From positions 32,001-96,000 of the forward strand of contig CAVSMN010000016.1 in NCBI GenBank assembly GCA_963729045.1: a stretch of 64,000 nucleotides of DNA, in the 5' to 3' direction. A program made the translations under genes and the position numbers. The DNA comes from an uncultured Nitrososphaeraceae archaeon. Its GTDB lineage: Archaea; Thermoproteota; Nitrososphaeria; Nitrososphaerales; Nitrososphaeraceae. A model generated the notes under the pieces. That model saw only the letters and a program-made list of their open reading frames with translations, did no database searches and had not been told where the DNA came from. Positions 33,433-44,302 of this stretch are shown here, piece by piece. Each line of letters opens with the position of its first letter. Position 1 is the stretch's first letter.

Positions 33433-34583
33433 GAATAAACAAAAAGCCAAGAAAATAATATTAAAACCATTATTCTATTCTAATTCTGATCTTTCTAGTA
33501 TCCCTGAATTAGGTGGAAGAAATGAATTTGATGAATTTGCTAGTTTTATTACCAGGATAAAAGACAAAATTGATTTGATTTATATCGATCCTTCATGAGG
33601 AGCTTGAAGGACTGGACCAAAATTCAACTAAAATTAAAACTATTTTTAATTCCAAGGATGCGGATTATATGATTGTTGAATCAGAGCAACGGCTTGACCA
33701 AATCAACTCAGGAAATCTGACTAGAGGCAGGAAAACTGGAGTTTACAAAAAGGTTACCAGCAATCAGGATATAGATGAAATGAAGCGTTTAATAGATAAA
33801 TTTCATTTGTCATTTGTTATAATAGACTTGGATGATTGGAGGATAATACCACTTGAAAATGTTATAGCTTCTCTCCAAAATACCGGGGCCGAAATATTCG
33901 CTGTCGCAAAATCCATAGAGGAAGTCGAAACTCTATTCACCGTTTTAGAATTGGGGGTAGACGGAGTACTAATGTCAACAAATAGCGAAGAGGAAATAGT
34001 TAGAGCAAGAAATATCATCAAGAAATCTTCGTTTCAAATAAAAATTGCAGAAATAAGAGAAGTACAGGAGGTGGGAATGGGAGAAAGAGTGTGCATAGAT
34101 ACGGTATCTATGCTGGCCGAGGGGGAGGGAATGCTGGTTGGAAACAAGTCGAATTTTTTGTTCCTAATCCACAACGAATCAATAGGTTCATCTTTTACAT
34201 CACCTCGTCCTTTTAGAGTGAACGCTGGTGCAGTACATTGTTACACTATAACTCCAGATGGAACAACAAAGTATTTGTCTGAACTTGAATCTGGAAGTCA
34301 GGTATTAATAGTGAACACCAAAGGGGAGGCTCGAATGGTCGGCGTTGGGAGAGCTAAAATAGAATCTCGACCGTTACGACTATTTAGAGCAGCAATCAAT
34401 GATGATGAAATGGGAACCATTATAGTTCAAAATGCTGAAACTATCAGATTTTTGAATGAGAGAGGTCAAATATTACCAGTCACTCATGCAAAACGCGGTG
34501 ATAAGATATTGGTATTTTCCATTCCATCCGTAGGTAGACATTTCGGCATGGAGGTTTCAAACGAATACATCCTCGAGAAATGA
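33395..34583 (+). CDS. aroB': 3-dehydroquinate synthase II (archaeal AroB'); frameshift near 33600
   Basis: WRIIPLENVIA, LELGVDG, ERVCIDT, RPFRVNAGAVH, YLSEL, KIESRPL, QNAET, RHFG. Confidence 0.92.
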
Positions 34584-34677
34584 TAAAACAGGTTTGTGAT
34601 ATTTGTTAAATGTTTTTATCAATCAGTATAAATTTTTAGAGTAATGTGATTATGGACCTTGTCCAAAATCAGAATTT

Positions 34678-35554
34678 GTGCTAATCAGGTCCGAATCTCT
34701 ATACGATAAAATTTTACTAGGAAACTGTGAAAAGATATTAAAAAATGTTCCCTCTGGAAGTATCCAGTTGACTGTGACCTCTCCTCCTTATGGGAATGCC
34801 ATAGACTATGATTTACACACCTCAAAAAAAAATACAGAGTATTATAGAGGGATTCAAAAGGTCAGTTTGGATGAATATTTAGAAAACATGGTTACTATTT
34901 TTAATGACCAGGTATATCGCGTAACCAAGGAAGGTGGTTATTGCTGTATTGTAATCGCTAACGAAGTTGTTAATGGGACATTAATCCCATTGCCCCATTT
35001 GTTACTTTCCAGATTAGTGACACCAGGGGGAAACTGGAGTCTTCATGAAGAAATAATTTGGCACAAAGTAACTGGAGGAACTAATAGGTATGGTTCTTTT
35101 GTCATAAACCCATATCCAAAATACTATAGGGCAAATATTATGCATGAGTTCATTTTAGTATTAAGAAAGGGTGACGTGAAGAGCGGCAGGAATCAAAGAA
35201 GAGAAATCCTACCGGCTACACATGAGGAGTGGACCAAAGAGATAGCAAATTCCGTATGGCATATAGCTCCGGTACCCCCAGGTTATATCGAACATCCATG
35301 TCCTTTTCCCGAGGAAATACCTTATCGTTTACTCAAAATTTACTCTTATAATGGAGACATAGTGCTTGATCCATTTAATGGAAGTGGTCAAACTACAAAG
35401 GTGGCCTACAATCTTGATAGACATTTTCTTGGGATAGATATTAAGCAGGAATATGTCGACTTGGCAAAAAAAAGAATCATTGAACGAGGATTTACATATT
35501 AGACCTGAAGCCCTCATAGCAAATTGGAAAAAAATAGCATCGCATGTTGTATAG
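34678..35554 (+). CDS. Orphan amino-DNA methyltransferase (beta class, SPPY; likely m4C); probable frameshift near 35485
   Basis: VTSPPY (motif IV) precedes HPCPFP and VLDPFNGSGQT (motif I); alternative frame continues DLHIRPEALIANWKK to TAG 35554. Confidence 0.85.
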
Positions 35555-35657
35555 ATTTAAAACAAAAAGGATAATTTCATGATTAGAGCTTTTTCAACAG
35601 GTTAGATTAAGTATAGTTTATATTTTTTACTTTTTTTTGTACAAGAGTCTAAGGTAA

Positions 35658-36446
35658 ATGGCACATGGCGATATGCTATTCATTGATCATGTAAAAGAAC
35701 TACGAAATCGATTTCTAAGGATTTTAATTATTACCATAGCAATAATGATTACATGTACAGTTTTTGGCATTCACCTGGTGACTGTGAATAATTATTCCTT
35801 TTATTTCTTAGTCCCGACGGTCTATAATAATATCGCAAGTCAGGTGACTTTATTCCTAAGCAACAACCTGATCCCGCATGGTGTCGATTTGATTCAAACA
35901 GCGCCAGGACAAGCCCTTTACGCGCAAATCTATGTTGCAATTCTGATTTCAGTATCTTGTTCAATCCCTTTGATTGTTAGAGAAGTTTTTGGATTCATCA
36001 GCCCTGCGATGTCTTTTAAAAGTAGAGAAAAAGCCTTCTTGATATATCTACTACCGACATCAGTTCTTTTCATAAGCGGAATGGCTTTCTCTTTTTATTT
36101 GGCCATTCCAATCACTCTAACTTTCTTGTATGAATATGGACAAACAATTGGTGTCCTTACATTTCTAAACATCTCGGATTTCATTAATTTTGTCCTACAG
36201 TTTTTTATAGCATTTGGGATCTCCTTTCAATTACCACTGGTTATGTTTATCCTATCAGCAAGTGGTCTTGTAAGTTTACAATTTTGGATAAAGAATCTTA
36301 AGTATGCATTGCTGATAATGATCATCTTTGGTGCGGTAATAACTCCTGATGGTAGTGGAATAACGATGTGGTGTATCACAGGACCAATGTTGGCTCTTTA
36401 TCTAATTGGGATAGCAATAATAAGATTAAAAGAGATTTACAAATAA
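35658..36446 (+). CDS. tatC: Twin-arginine translocase subunit TatC
   Basis: DHVKELRNR, FISPA, FGISFQLP, GAVITPDGSG, PMLALY. Confidence 0.92.
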   Translation: MAHGDMLFIDHVKELRNRFLRILIITIAIMITCTVFGIHLVTVNNYSFYFLVPTVYNNIASQVTLFLSNNLIPHGVDLIQTAPGQALYAQIYVAILISVSCSIPLIVREVFGFISPAMSFKSREKAFLIYLLPTSVLFISGMAFSFYLAIPITLTFLYEYGQTIGVLTFLNISDFINFVLQFFIAFGISFQLPLVMFILSASGLVSLQFWIKNLKYALLIMIIFGAVITPDGSGITMWCITGPMLALYLIGIAIIRLKEIYK

Positions 36447-36528
36447 GAGATTCTTCAAGCCTTATCTAAAACATATGATTACTGAGAAAGACATAAAGTT
36501 ATCATGCTAGTTCTTTAATTATCTAAAC

Positions 36529-37251
36529 TTGTCTATCAATAGAAAATTATGTGCATCGATTCCTGTTACGAAGGACTTTGATGACAGCAAAGATTTGACA
36601 TTAACCGTAAATAAAATAGATGAGGCATTAAACAAGGGAGCAGATATAATTGAGTGCCGATTCGATTACCTTAGTAGTTTCGAAAACTTAGATCATTATC
36701 TAGATATTTTGTCAACATATCAGGACAAATGCATTTATACAATCAGACCAGAGAATGAAGGTGGAAAATTTTCTAATGATACTAAAAAAAGAGCTGAAAT
36801 AATATGCAAATTTATTCATAGAAAACCACTCTTTGTAGATATAGAATACAAATTAATTTCAAGTAACGACTTTATTGCTGATCTGGTTGAAAATGAAAAT
36901 ACTAGAATTCTAGTAAGTTGGCATGATTTTTCTCATACTCCTGAAATTGATCACCTTTTAGAACAAGTAAAAAATATGCAAATTTACAGCCCATTTGTAA
37001 AAATAGTTACTACCGCAACATCCATAGACGACTCGATCAAGATTTTAAGTATTTATCAATCAATTGATACTCATGTTAAATTGATCGCTTTCGCAATGGG
37101 TGAAATGGGAATATTAAGTAGAATTTTTTGCACTATGGTGGGGGATGCCCCCTTTACTTATGCGTCCATTGGCACTGCCTTGGCCCCAGGTCAATTGTCA
37201 GTAAACCAAATGAAATCAATTTATGATTTGTTTAAAAACAAACTGGATTGA
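36529..37251 (+). CDS. aroD: Type I 3-dehydroquinate dehydratase
   Basis: ECRFD, TIRPENEGG, VDIE, SWHDF..TP, FAMGE.G..SR, APGQ. Confidence 0.93.
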   Translation: MSINRKLCASIPVTKDFDDSKDLTLTVNKIDEALNKGADIIECRFDYLSSFENLDHYLDILSTYQDKCIYTIRPENEGGKFSNDTKKRAEIICKFIHRKPLFVDIEYKLISSNDFIADLVENENTRILVSWHDFSHTPEIDHLLEQVKNMQIYSPFVKIVTTATSIDDSIKILSIYQSIDTHVKLIAFAMGEMGILSRIFCTMVGDAPFTYASIGTALAPGQLSVNQMKSIYDLFKNKLD

Positions 37252-37786
37252 TAAAGAATTACGGTATATTAGAAATTTTCTTTTATCAATTTCCTATTTT
37301 TCCATTTTACATGTTTTTAACTTGCAAAATGCACAGTTATGGATATCGTTCTACAACTAGCTATAGTTTTCATAAATGGTTTCATTAACCCTTGAATTAC
37401 CGTAACAAATTAGAATCAAGAGAAATCAAAAACCTAATTTTTCAAAAAAGCATTAGAGAATAAATATCATTCTGGCGATGCTTTAGATTTTTTTGATGTA
37501 GAAAGAAAATAATCGATCAAAAGAATTACACCTTGTCCAACATATAGGACAAAAATAAAATTGCTGGTTATCGCCACCTGCTAACACTCTTTTATAGCTC
37601 AAAATAGCAAATTACAATTCCTAATTAAATTAATCATTTCATTTAATGGTGCTAAGAAGAGAATACAAGATATGTTAAATTGAAAAATGACTAAAAAAAG
37701 TTCTGCAAGAATTAATAGAGTGAAAAGATGATTAGGATATTGTGCTTTAGAATAAATATGCTTTAAAAACTATTCTGATTAGAGTC

Positions 37787-38683
37787 ATGAGTAGTCCTAG
37801 TGTGGATACATCTAATCGACAAGTAGCCGTAGATAAATCTTCAAAGACTTTTTGTATTATAGGAGATCCAGTGGAACATTCATTGTCCCCATTAATGCAT
37901 AATGCTGCGTTTAAGTATCTGAATCTAAATTATTCATATATTGCGTTTAAGGTAAAAGTAAACGAATTGAAAGAATCTGTGGAATCATTACGCGATATTA
38001 ATGTAGCCGGGTTCAACGTCACCATTCCACACAAGGTAGAAATCATAAAATATATTGACAAGTTAAGTGATGATGCTTCACTGGCTGGGGCAGTCAATAC
38101 TGTCAAAAACGAAGATGGAATTTTTGTGGGCTACAACACAGATATTTACGGATTAATGGCCCCAATAGAAGAAAGATTATCAAATTTTGATGGTGCAGAA
38201 ATCTTAATTCTTGGAGCGGGAGGATCAAGTAGGGCTGCCCTAGTGGGGTTATCCAGAAAAAAAGGCATAAAGTCAGTATATATCGTAAATAGAGATCAAC
38301 AAAAACTGTCAAAAGTCATTGAATTGGGCAACACCTTGGGATTAAGTTGTATTCCCATGGAGTATTCAGATCATAAAAAACTATCTGAAATTTCCTCGCA
38401 TTGTGAATTGATTATTAACACTACTTCAGTAGGTCTTAAAAATGAAAAAAGTCTATTAAGTTCAGAATCTGTGGGTAATGGATCAATAGTTTTTGACATA
38501 ATTTACAAACCAATTATGACTGATTTATTAGAGTGTGCAAAGAGCGCCAATGCAAAGGTAATATTTGGATACGAAATGTTACTAAACCAAGGTTATAAAT
38601 CATTTGAAATATGGACAGGATTGAATGCACCAAGGGAAGTTATGAGAAAGGCATTACTTGGTATATTTGGTGAACCAAATTAA
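37787..38683 (+). CDS. aroE: Shikimate dehydrogenase
   Basis: GDPVEHSLSP.MHN, NVTIPHK, GAVNT, GYNTD, GAGGS, NTTSVG, MLLNQG. Confidence 0.95.
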   Translation: MSSPSVDTSNRQVAVDKSSKTFCIIGDPVEHSLSPLMHNAAFKYLNLNYSYIAFKVKVNELKESVESLRDINVAGFNVTIPHKVEIIKYIDKLSDDASLAGAVNTVKNEDGIFVGYNTDIYGLMAPIEERLSNFDGAEILILGAGGSSRAALVGLSRKKGIKSVYIVNRDQQKLSKVIELGNTLGLSCIPMEYSDHKKLSEISSHCELIINTTSVGLKNEKSLLSSESVGNGSIVFDIIYKPIMTDLLECAKSANAKVIFGYEMLLNQGYKSFEIWTGLNAPREVMRKALLGIFGEPN

Positions 38684-38684
38684 G

Positions 38685-39530
38685 ATGAAAAATTCTTCTG
38701 CTTCTGTTACTATGTTTGGTGCCGTATCTATTGTAAATGCCATTGCAACAGGAAAGGGCTGTACATTTGGTATTTCGCAAAAAGTCAGGGTAAAAATATC
38801 ACTTGAGCAAGGACATCATGGAATATCCAGAAATTTTGTAAATGATAAACTGGCAAATAAAATTATCAGGAGTATACTACCAGCTAGCATCATAAAAAAT
38901 CATTTTATATCAATCAACCTTGTTTCTGAAATACCTGCTGGTTGGGGCTTGAAGAGCTCTAGTGCGGTCTCAAATGCTATATCCCTTGCATGTTACAAGT
39001 TATTGGATGATCAGATCTATGACAGAGCTGTATTAAGCACCGCAGTCAATTCGTCTTTATGGGCAAAGGTGAGCATGACTGGGGCATTTGACGATGCATG
39101 TGCTTGCTACTATGGTGGGGTAATCTTGACTGATAATCATTATAAGAAAATAATAAAAAGGGACGTGGTAAATAACGATCTTGCTGTGGTTATTTATCTA
39201 CCTGCAGGCGTTGCTAGAGGTGAAGTTCCTAAGTTAAGAATTCATAAAGACTTGTTCAACCACGCCTTTAGACTGGCCCTGAAAGGAGATTATTGGAAAG
39301 CAATGAATCTCAACGGTGTCCTAGTAAACTCAGTACTATACAACAATTACGCACCAATGATTAATGCCTTCGAAAATCACTGTTTAGGCATTAGTCATTC
39401 GGGAAATGGACCAGCGATTGCTGCGATATTGTACAAGGATAATGTTGAAAATTTAGTGAATTCGATGGAAAAATTTGATGGAAAAATAATCTTAGCAAAA
39501 GTCAACAACACCAAAGCGACAGTTGAATAA
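38685..39530 (+). CDS. aroK: Archaeal (GHMP-type) shikimate kinase
   Basis: GAVSIVNAIATGKG, GLKSSSA, TGAFDDA, SGNGPA. Confidence 0.93.
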   Translation: MKNSSASVTMFGAVSIVNAIATGKGCTFGISQKVRVKISLEQGHHGISRNFVNDKLANKIIRSILPASIIKNHFISINLVSEIPAGWGLKSSSAVSNAISLACYKLLDDQIYDRAVLSTAVNSSLWAKVSMTGAFDDACACYYGGVILTDNHYKKIIKRDVVNNDLAVVIYLPAGVARGEVPKLRIHKDLFNHAFRLALKGDYWKAMNLNGVLVNSVLYNNYAPMINAFENHCLGISHSGNGPAIAAILYKDNVENLVNSMEKFDGKIILAKVNNTKATVE

Positions 39531-40039
39531 TAATATTTGATATTGTATTTAGATCTAGATTCGAGGTCTTGAGTAGTGCTGAATGGCCTATTTGACAGAT
39601 TGCAAGTACAACCGATTCAATAAACTAGCCATATATACTGGTGGTATTACTACAGCAAAGGAAAGTAAAATTATTTGAACCTAATTGAGTTGAATTTGTA
39701 TTTAGAAAACAACCAGACGGGCAAGCAAAGGAGATATTCTTTAGCACATCTTTCTTAAGAACAAATTAGAGGATTATTCAACTCATTGCTTTCTAAAAAG
39801 ATAGGTATTTGAGGATAGATTATTCGATTAAATCAGAATTCAAATCCGTGTTATATGCAAACAAGATGAATCATTACTACCAGATCCTTGATAACTGGAA
39901 GTAAACCGACCCTGGCATATTATTTAAAATGGTCAAGGTCTCAATATATCCATAATAACCTAGGGAATGTATGAGCTTGGCCATTAACAATAGCAATATT
40001 GATATTAATTTTCTGTGAATAAGATAGCAGGTCATTTAG

Positions 40040-41518
40040 GTGGAAATAAAAGTAAAAAAATCTCAATTATCCGGTGAGGTTATTTGTCCTCCAAGTAAAA
40101 GTTATAGTCACCGAGCAATATTGATATCGAGCCTTGCCTCCGGTAGGTCCCACATAGAGAATGTATTACTTTCCCGAGACACCCTTGCATCGATAGAATG
40201 CGCTAAAATGCTAGGAGTAAGCGTCAACTCTTTGGATAAAAATTCTAATGATCGTGTGGATTCTAATATCGATAGGCTCGATAATTATCCGGCAAGTCCC
40301 GATAGTGGCTTAAACAGGGGAGGGGGTAATCAGACCAGTACACAGGATCTCATAGTGGAAAGTAATGGAGGAAGAAGAGGTTTTAGAACACCAGATGATA
40401 TATTATTTGCAGACAATTCAGGTACAACAATTAGAATAGCTACTTCGATGTGCTCATTGGTAAATGACGGCTATAGCGTTTTAACAGGTGATAAGAGTCT
40501 TCGAAAACGACCCATGGGAGATCTAATCAAAGCGTTAAATCAGCTGGGGGTCAATTGTTTTTCCACAAATCGAAACTACTTTCCTCCAATTGTTGTGAAG
40601 GGTGGTGGTATGAAAGGAGGTACTACTCAGATTAATGGAGAGATTTCTAGCCAATTCATATCATCAATACTTCTTTCTGGCATATATTCTCAAACACCAA
40701 TTACCATCCAAGTGTTAGGCAACCAAGTTTCCAAACCATATATAGATTCAACTATATTTATAATGAAAAAATTTGGAGTCAAAGTGGAGAATTCATCAAA
40801 TGGATTATTCTCAAATCATTTAGTTGGTGACTTAAGGGATTCAAATGAGTCCAAAGTAGCTAAAACAATCTCAGAGGAATATAAACTGCCTGTCGAAAAT
40901 GACTATAAATCCCAAACTATTCGGGTACCAGGCGATTTTTCGACTGCTGCATTGTTAATGTCCGCGGCCATAATGTCAGAAGGTGTGATGATGATTAAGA
41001 ATTTGGACTTTACAATGCCACAGGGAGATATGGAAATAATCAACATTATCAAAGAAATGGGAGGCAGAATTGAGGTCGATAGGAACAAAGGAGTCGTTAA
41101 AATAGATGGGTCGACCAAACTGGATGGAGGGGATTTTAATTTAGTTGGGACGCCTGATTTACTCCCGGTAGTAGCAATTCTATCACTAAAAGCTAAGAAT
41201 AAAACAACAATAACTGGTGTTTCGCATGCAAGATATAAAGAAACTGACAGGGTTTCTAATATTTCATCTCAACTAACTAAATTTGGAGCTCACATAAAGG
41301 AAGATAACGATTCAATCACTGTTCGCCCCCCAGATAAATTGAGAAATGCAGCAATCAATTCTTTTGACGATCACCGACTTTTTATGGCGTTTACGATTGC
41401 TAGTCTATCTACAGAGCACTCGATTATTGATGGTGCAGATTCAGTTGATGTTTCTTTTCCAAATTTTATCAGTGAGTTAAAGGGAATTGGAGCTCAAATT
41501 GAGTATATGTTAACTTGA
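40040..41518 (+). CDS. aroA: 3-phosphoshikimate 1-carboxyvinyltransferase (EPSP synthase)
   Basis: PPSKSYSHRA, NSGTTIR, SLRKRPM, SSQFISS, PGDFS, KETDR, DDHR. Confidence 0.95.
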   Translation: MEIKVKKSQLSGEVICPPSKSYSHRAILISSLASGRSHIENVLLSRDTLASIECAKMLGVSVNSLDKNSNDRVDSNIDRLDNYPASPDSGLNRGGGNQTSTQDLIVESNGGRRGFRTPDDILFADNSGTTIRIATSMCSLVNDGYSVLTGDKSLRKRPMGDLIKALNQLGVNCFSTNRNYFPPIVVKGGGMKGGTTQINGEISSQFISSILLSGIYSQTPITIQVLGNQVSKPYIDSTIFIMKKFGVKVENSSNGLFSNHLVGDLRDSNESKVAKTISEEYKLPVENDYKSQTIRVPGDFSTAALLMSAAIMSEGVMMIKNLDFTMPQGDMEIINIIKEMGGRIEVDRNKGVVKIDGSTKLDGGDFNLVGTPDLLPVVAILSLKAKNKTTITGVSHARYKETDRVSNISSQLTKFGAHIKEDNDSITVRPPDKLRNAAINSFDDHRLFMAFTIASLSTEHSIIDGADSVDVSFPNFISELKGIGAQIEYMLT

Positions 41519-41619
41519 AATTATCGAGTATGCTTTGTCGGTGAAAAAGAATGATTTATCAGCAGCAGGATAAATATTAAAAATAATAATATATCAGAAT
41601 TACAACTAAAAATTTATTC

Positions 41620-42729
41620 ATGCCTTCAAATACGCTTGGAAATTACTTTACTGTGTCAAGTTTTGGTGAAAGTCATGGCAAATGCATAGGAGCTATTATA
41701 GATGGCTGTCCAGCAGGCCTACGTCTATCGGAAGCAGATGTTCAGCCATTACTTGATTTAAGGAAGCCTGGGCAATCAATCATTACCACTCAAAGAAAAG
41801 AAACTGATGCAGTTGAAATACTTTCGGGTGTCTTTAAAGGGTTCACGACTGGTGCTCCCATTTGCATGATTATTTGGAACAGGGATTCTGATTCTCGATC
41901 ATATGATGAATTCATGTCAAAACCTAGACCTGGTCATGCTGACTATACGGGTTACATGAAATATGGTGGCTTTAATGACTTCAGGGGAAGCGGACGATTT
42001 TCAGGAAGATTGACCGCGACTATTGTGATGGGCGGGGCAGTAGCCTTGAAAATATTAAAGGAATCTTTAAATATTGAAATAATCAGTTACACAAAATCAA
42101 TTGGGGATATAACTATGGAATCTGCTGAAATACCCTTTGATTCACTCTCTAAAAACAGATATTTGAACGATGTACGTTGTCCTGATCAAGAAGCAGCTGG
42201 GAGAATGAAGGATTTGATATTGTCTGCTAGAAGAGAGGGCGATTCATTAGGAGGCATAATTGAATGCATAGTACGAGGCGTGCCAGTAGGATTAGGAGAG
42301 CCGATTTTTGAGTCGATAGAGTCGGAGATATCAAGAGGTATTTTTAGCATTCCTGCGGTAAAAGGACTTGAATTTGGATCTGGATTTAGAGGTTCAACGA
42401 TGAAAGGTTCCGAAAATAATGATTCATTTGTGATAGATAAATCCACTGGTAGCATTATTACAAAAACTAACAAATCTGGAGGAATATTAGGTGGAATTAC
42501 TGATGGGATGCCAATTGTATTTAGGGTTGCATTCAAACCAGCTGCCTCTATATCACGACCCCAGAATACTGTAGATTTGAAGGATATGACTGAATCTCAG
42601 TTGATTGTAACAGGTAGACATGATCCGTGCGTAGTTCCAAGAGCTCCTCCCGTAGTAGATAGCATCGCTGCCATCATATTGCTAGATTGTTGCTTTAAAT
42701 CTAATCTGATACCAAGAGTAATACAATAG
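41620..42729 (+). CDS. aroC: Chorismate synthase
   Basis: FGESHG, PRPGHAD, GRFSGR, DSLGG, GGILGGI, GRHDPC. Confidence 0.96.
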   Translation: MPSNTLGNYFTVSSFGESHGKCIGAIIDGCPAGLRLSEADVQPLLDLRKPGQSIITTQRKETDAVEILSGVFKGFTTGAPICMIIWNRDSDSRSYDEFMSKPRPGHADYTGYMKYGGFNDFRGSGRFSGRLTATIVMGGAVALKILKESLNIEIISYTKSIGDITMESAEIPFDSLSKNRYLNDVRCPDQEAAGRMKDLILSARREGDSLGGIIECIVRGVPVGLGEPIFESIESEISRGIFSIPAVKGLEFGSGFRGSTMKGSENNDSFVIDKSTGSIITKTNKSGGILGGITDGMPIVFRVAFKPAASISRPQNTVDLKDMTESQLIVTGRHDPCVVPRAPPVVDSIAAIILLDCCFKSNLIPRVIQ

Positions 42730-42739
42730 GGATTCGAAA

Positions 42740-44254
42740 ATGTCGATAGAAGAAGTTAATATCTTAAGAAATGACATGAAAGAAATTACAAACCAGATTA
42801 TGGAGCTTGTCAATCAAAGGATGGAAATTGCAAGGAAAATCGGGACGATAAAAACCAATTTGGATCTTGACATTATCGACGATAAAGTGGAATTAGGGAT
42901 CAAGAGTTATTTGTTTAGCAACTCAAAATGTTTAAATTTAGATCCAGAATTTTCTGGAAGAATTGTTAACATGTTAATTAACGAATCAATCAGAATCCAG
43001 AATTTGGAAAAAAGTAAAATAAAGGTTGGACAAGAAAAAATTAATCCTATAACCAATTCTCAGCTTCAATTCTCCCAGTCACCACATTTGAAGGATCAAG
43101 ATAAGGTTCACAAATTTGAAATTAAGTCTCATTTAGATGTATTTAATGCAGCAAAAAATCTAGAATTACAAGGACATAGAATAATTCACATGGAGGTAGG
43201 AGAACCTGATTTTCTACCTCCCTTAGAAGTTAAGGATGAATTAACCAAGATTTATGAAATGCGCAAGTTTCATTATACACAGACTGCTGGTATCAAAGAT
43301 TTGCGGATAGGTTTGTCAAAACATATTTCTAATTTTTCAGCGAAAAACGGTTTTGATATTTTCGAACCATTGAGTCCTGACAAGATAATTGTTACCCCGG
43401 GAGGCAGGTTCGGGATATTTTGTACATTTTCTGCATTGTTGAGACCAGGTGATGAAATAATTACAATTGAGCCGGCTTGGCCGGCTTGCCATGATTGTGC
43501 AAATTACCTGGGTGTTAAAAATAGAGTAGTAAAGACTAATTTGGAACAAAACTGGGAGCCCGATATTTCTGAAATAGAAAGTCAAATTAATATCAATACA
43601 AAAATAATTTGTTTAAATTATCCTAATAATCCAACAGGCAAAATCCTGAGTAAAAAATCCTACGACAATATAATAGACGTAGCTCGCAAAAAAGAAATTT
43701 ATTTACTCAGTGATGAAGTTTATTCTAATTACGCTTATGAACCTTATCGCAGCGTTATAAATTTTGACTACGATAAATCAATACTTGTTGGTTCGTTTTC
43801 AAAAACTTTTGCAATGACTGGATTTAGGGTCGGTTTTGTATATTCTAGAGATAACATGTTGATAAACAAGCTCATAAAAATACAGGCACTGGCTCTAACA
43901 TCAGTAGCAGAACCAATGCAATTATGCGCATTGCAAGCGCTGGATTCTGATCCCGAGGAAAATAACAAGATAATGAAAAGGCGATTAGAATTAATGTGTA
44001 AATATTTGAAAAAATTACCATTCGAATTCACACTTCCTGAGGGAGCAATGTATGTCTTTGCAAGAATCAACAGTGAATTGAAGTTAACTGACTTGAAACT
44101 AGTAGAGCGATTATTAAATCATGGGGTAGCAGTTGCACCAGGAAGTGGATTCGGATCAAATTATTCTGATTACGTAAGATTGTCAACTTGTTTAGAGGAA
44201 AAGAAAATGATCGAAGGTTTGGAAATTATTCGTGATTTGGTTAATAAACTCTAA
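42740..44254 (+). CDS. Chorismate mutase (AroQ)-like domain fused to class I/II PLP aminotransferase
   Basis: N-terminal LR....IT.QIMELVNQRMEIARKIG..K...ES.R.Q; C-terminal VGEPDF, NYPNNPTG, SDEVY, SFSKTFAMTGFRVG. Confidence 0.88.
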   Translation: MSIEEVNILRNDMKEITNQIMELVNQRMEIARKIGTIKTNLDLDIIDDKVELGIKSYLFSNSKCLNLDPEFSGRIVNMLINESIRIQNLEKSKIKVGQEKINPITNSQLQFSQSPHLKDQDKVHKFEIKSHLDVFNAAKNLELQGHRIIHMEVGEPDFLPPLEVKDELTKIYEMRKFHYTQTAGIKDLRIGLSKHISNFSAKNGFDIFEPLSPDKIIVTPGGRFGIFCTFSALLRPGDEIITIEPAWPACHDCANYLGVKNRVVKTNLEQNWEPDISEIESQININTKIICLNYPNNPTGKILSKKSYDNIIDVARKKEIYLLSDEVYSNYAYEPYRSVINFDYDKSILVGSFSKTFAMTGFRVGFVYSRDNMLINKLIKIQALALTSVAEPMQLCALQALDSDPEENNKIMKRRLELMCKYLKKLPFEFTLPEGAMYVFARINSELKLTDLKLVERLLNHGVAVAPGSGFGSNYSDYVRLSTCLEEKKMIEGLEIIRDLVNKL

Positions 44255-44302
44255 CTACTACTGTATTGGCTATAATGTCCGCTTTGAACTGAAAAAACTA
44301 AA

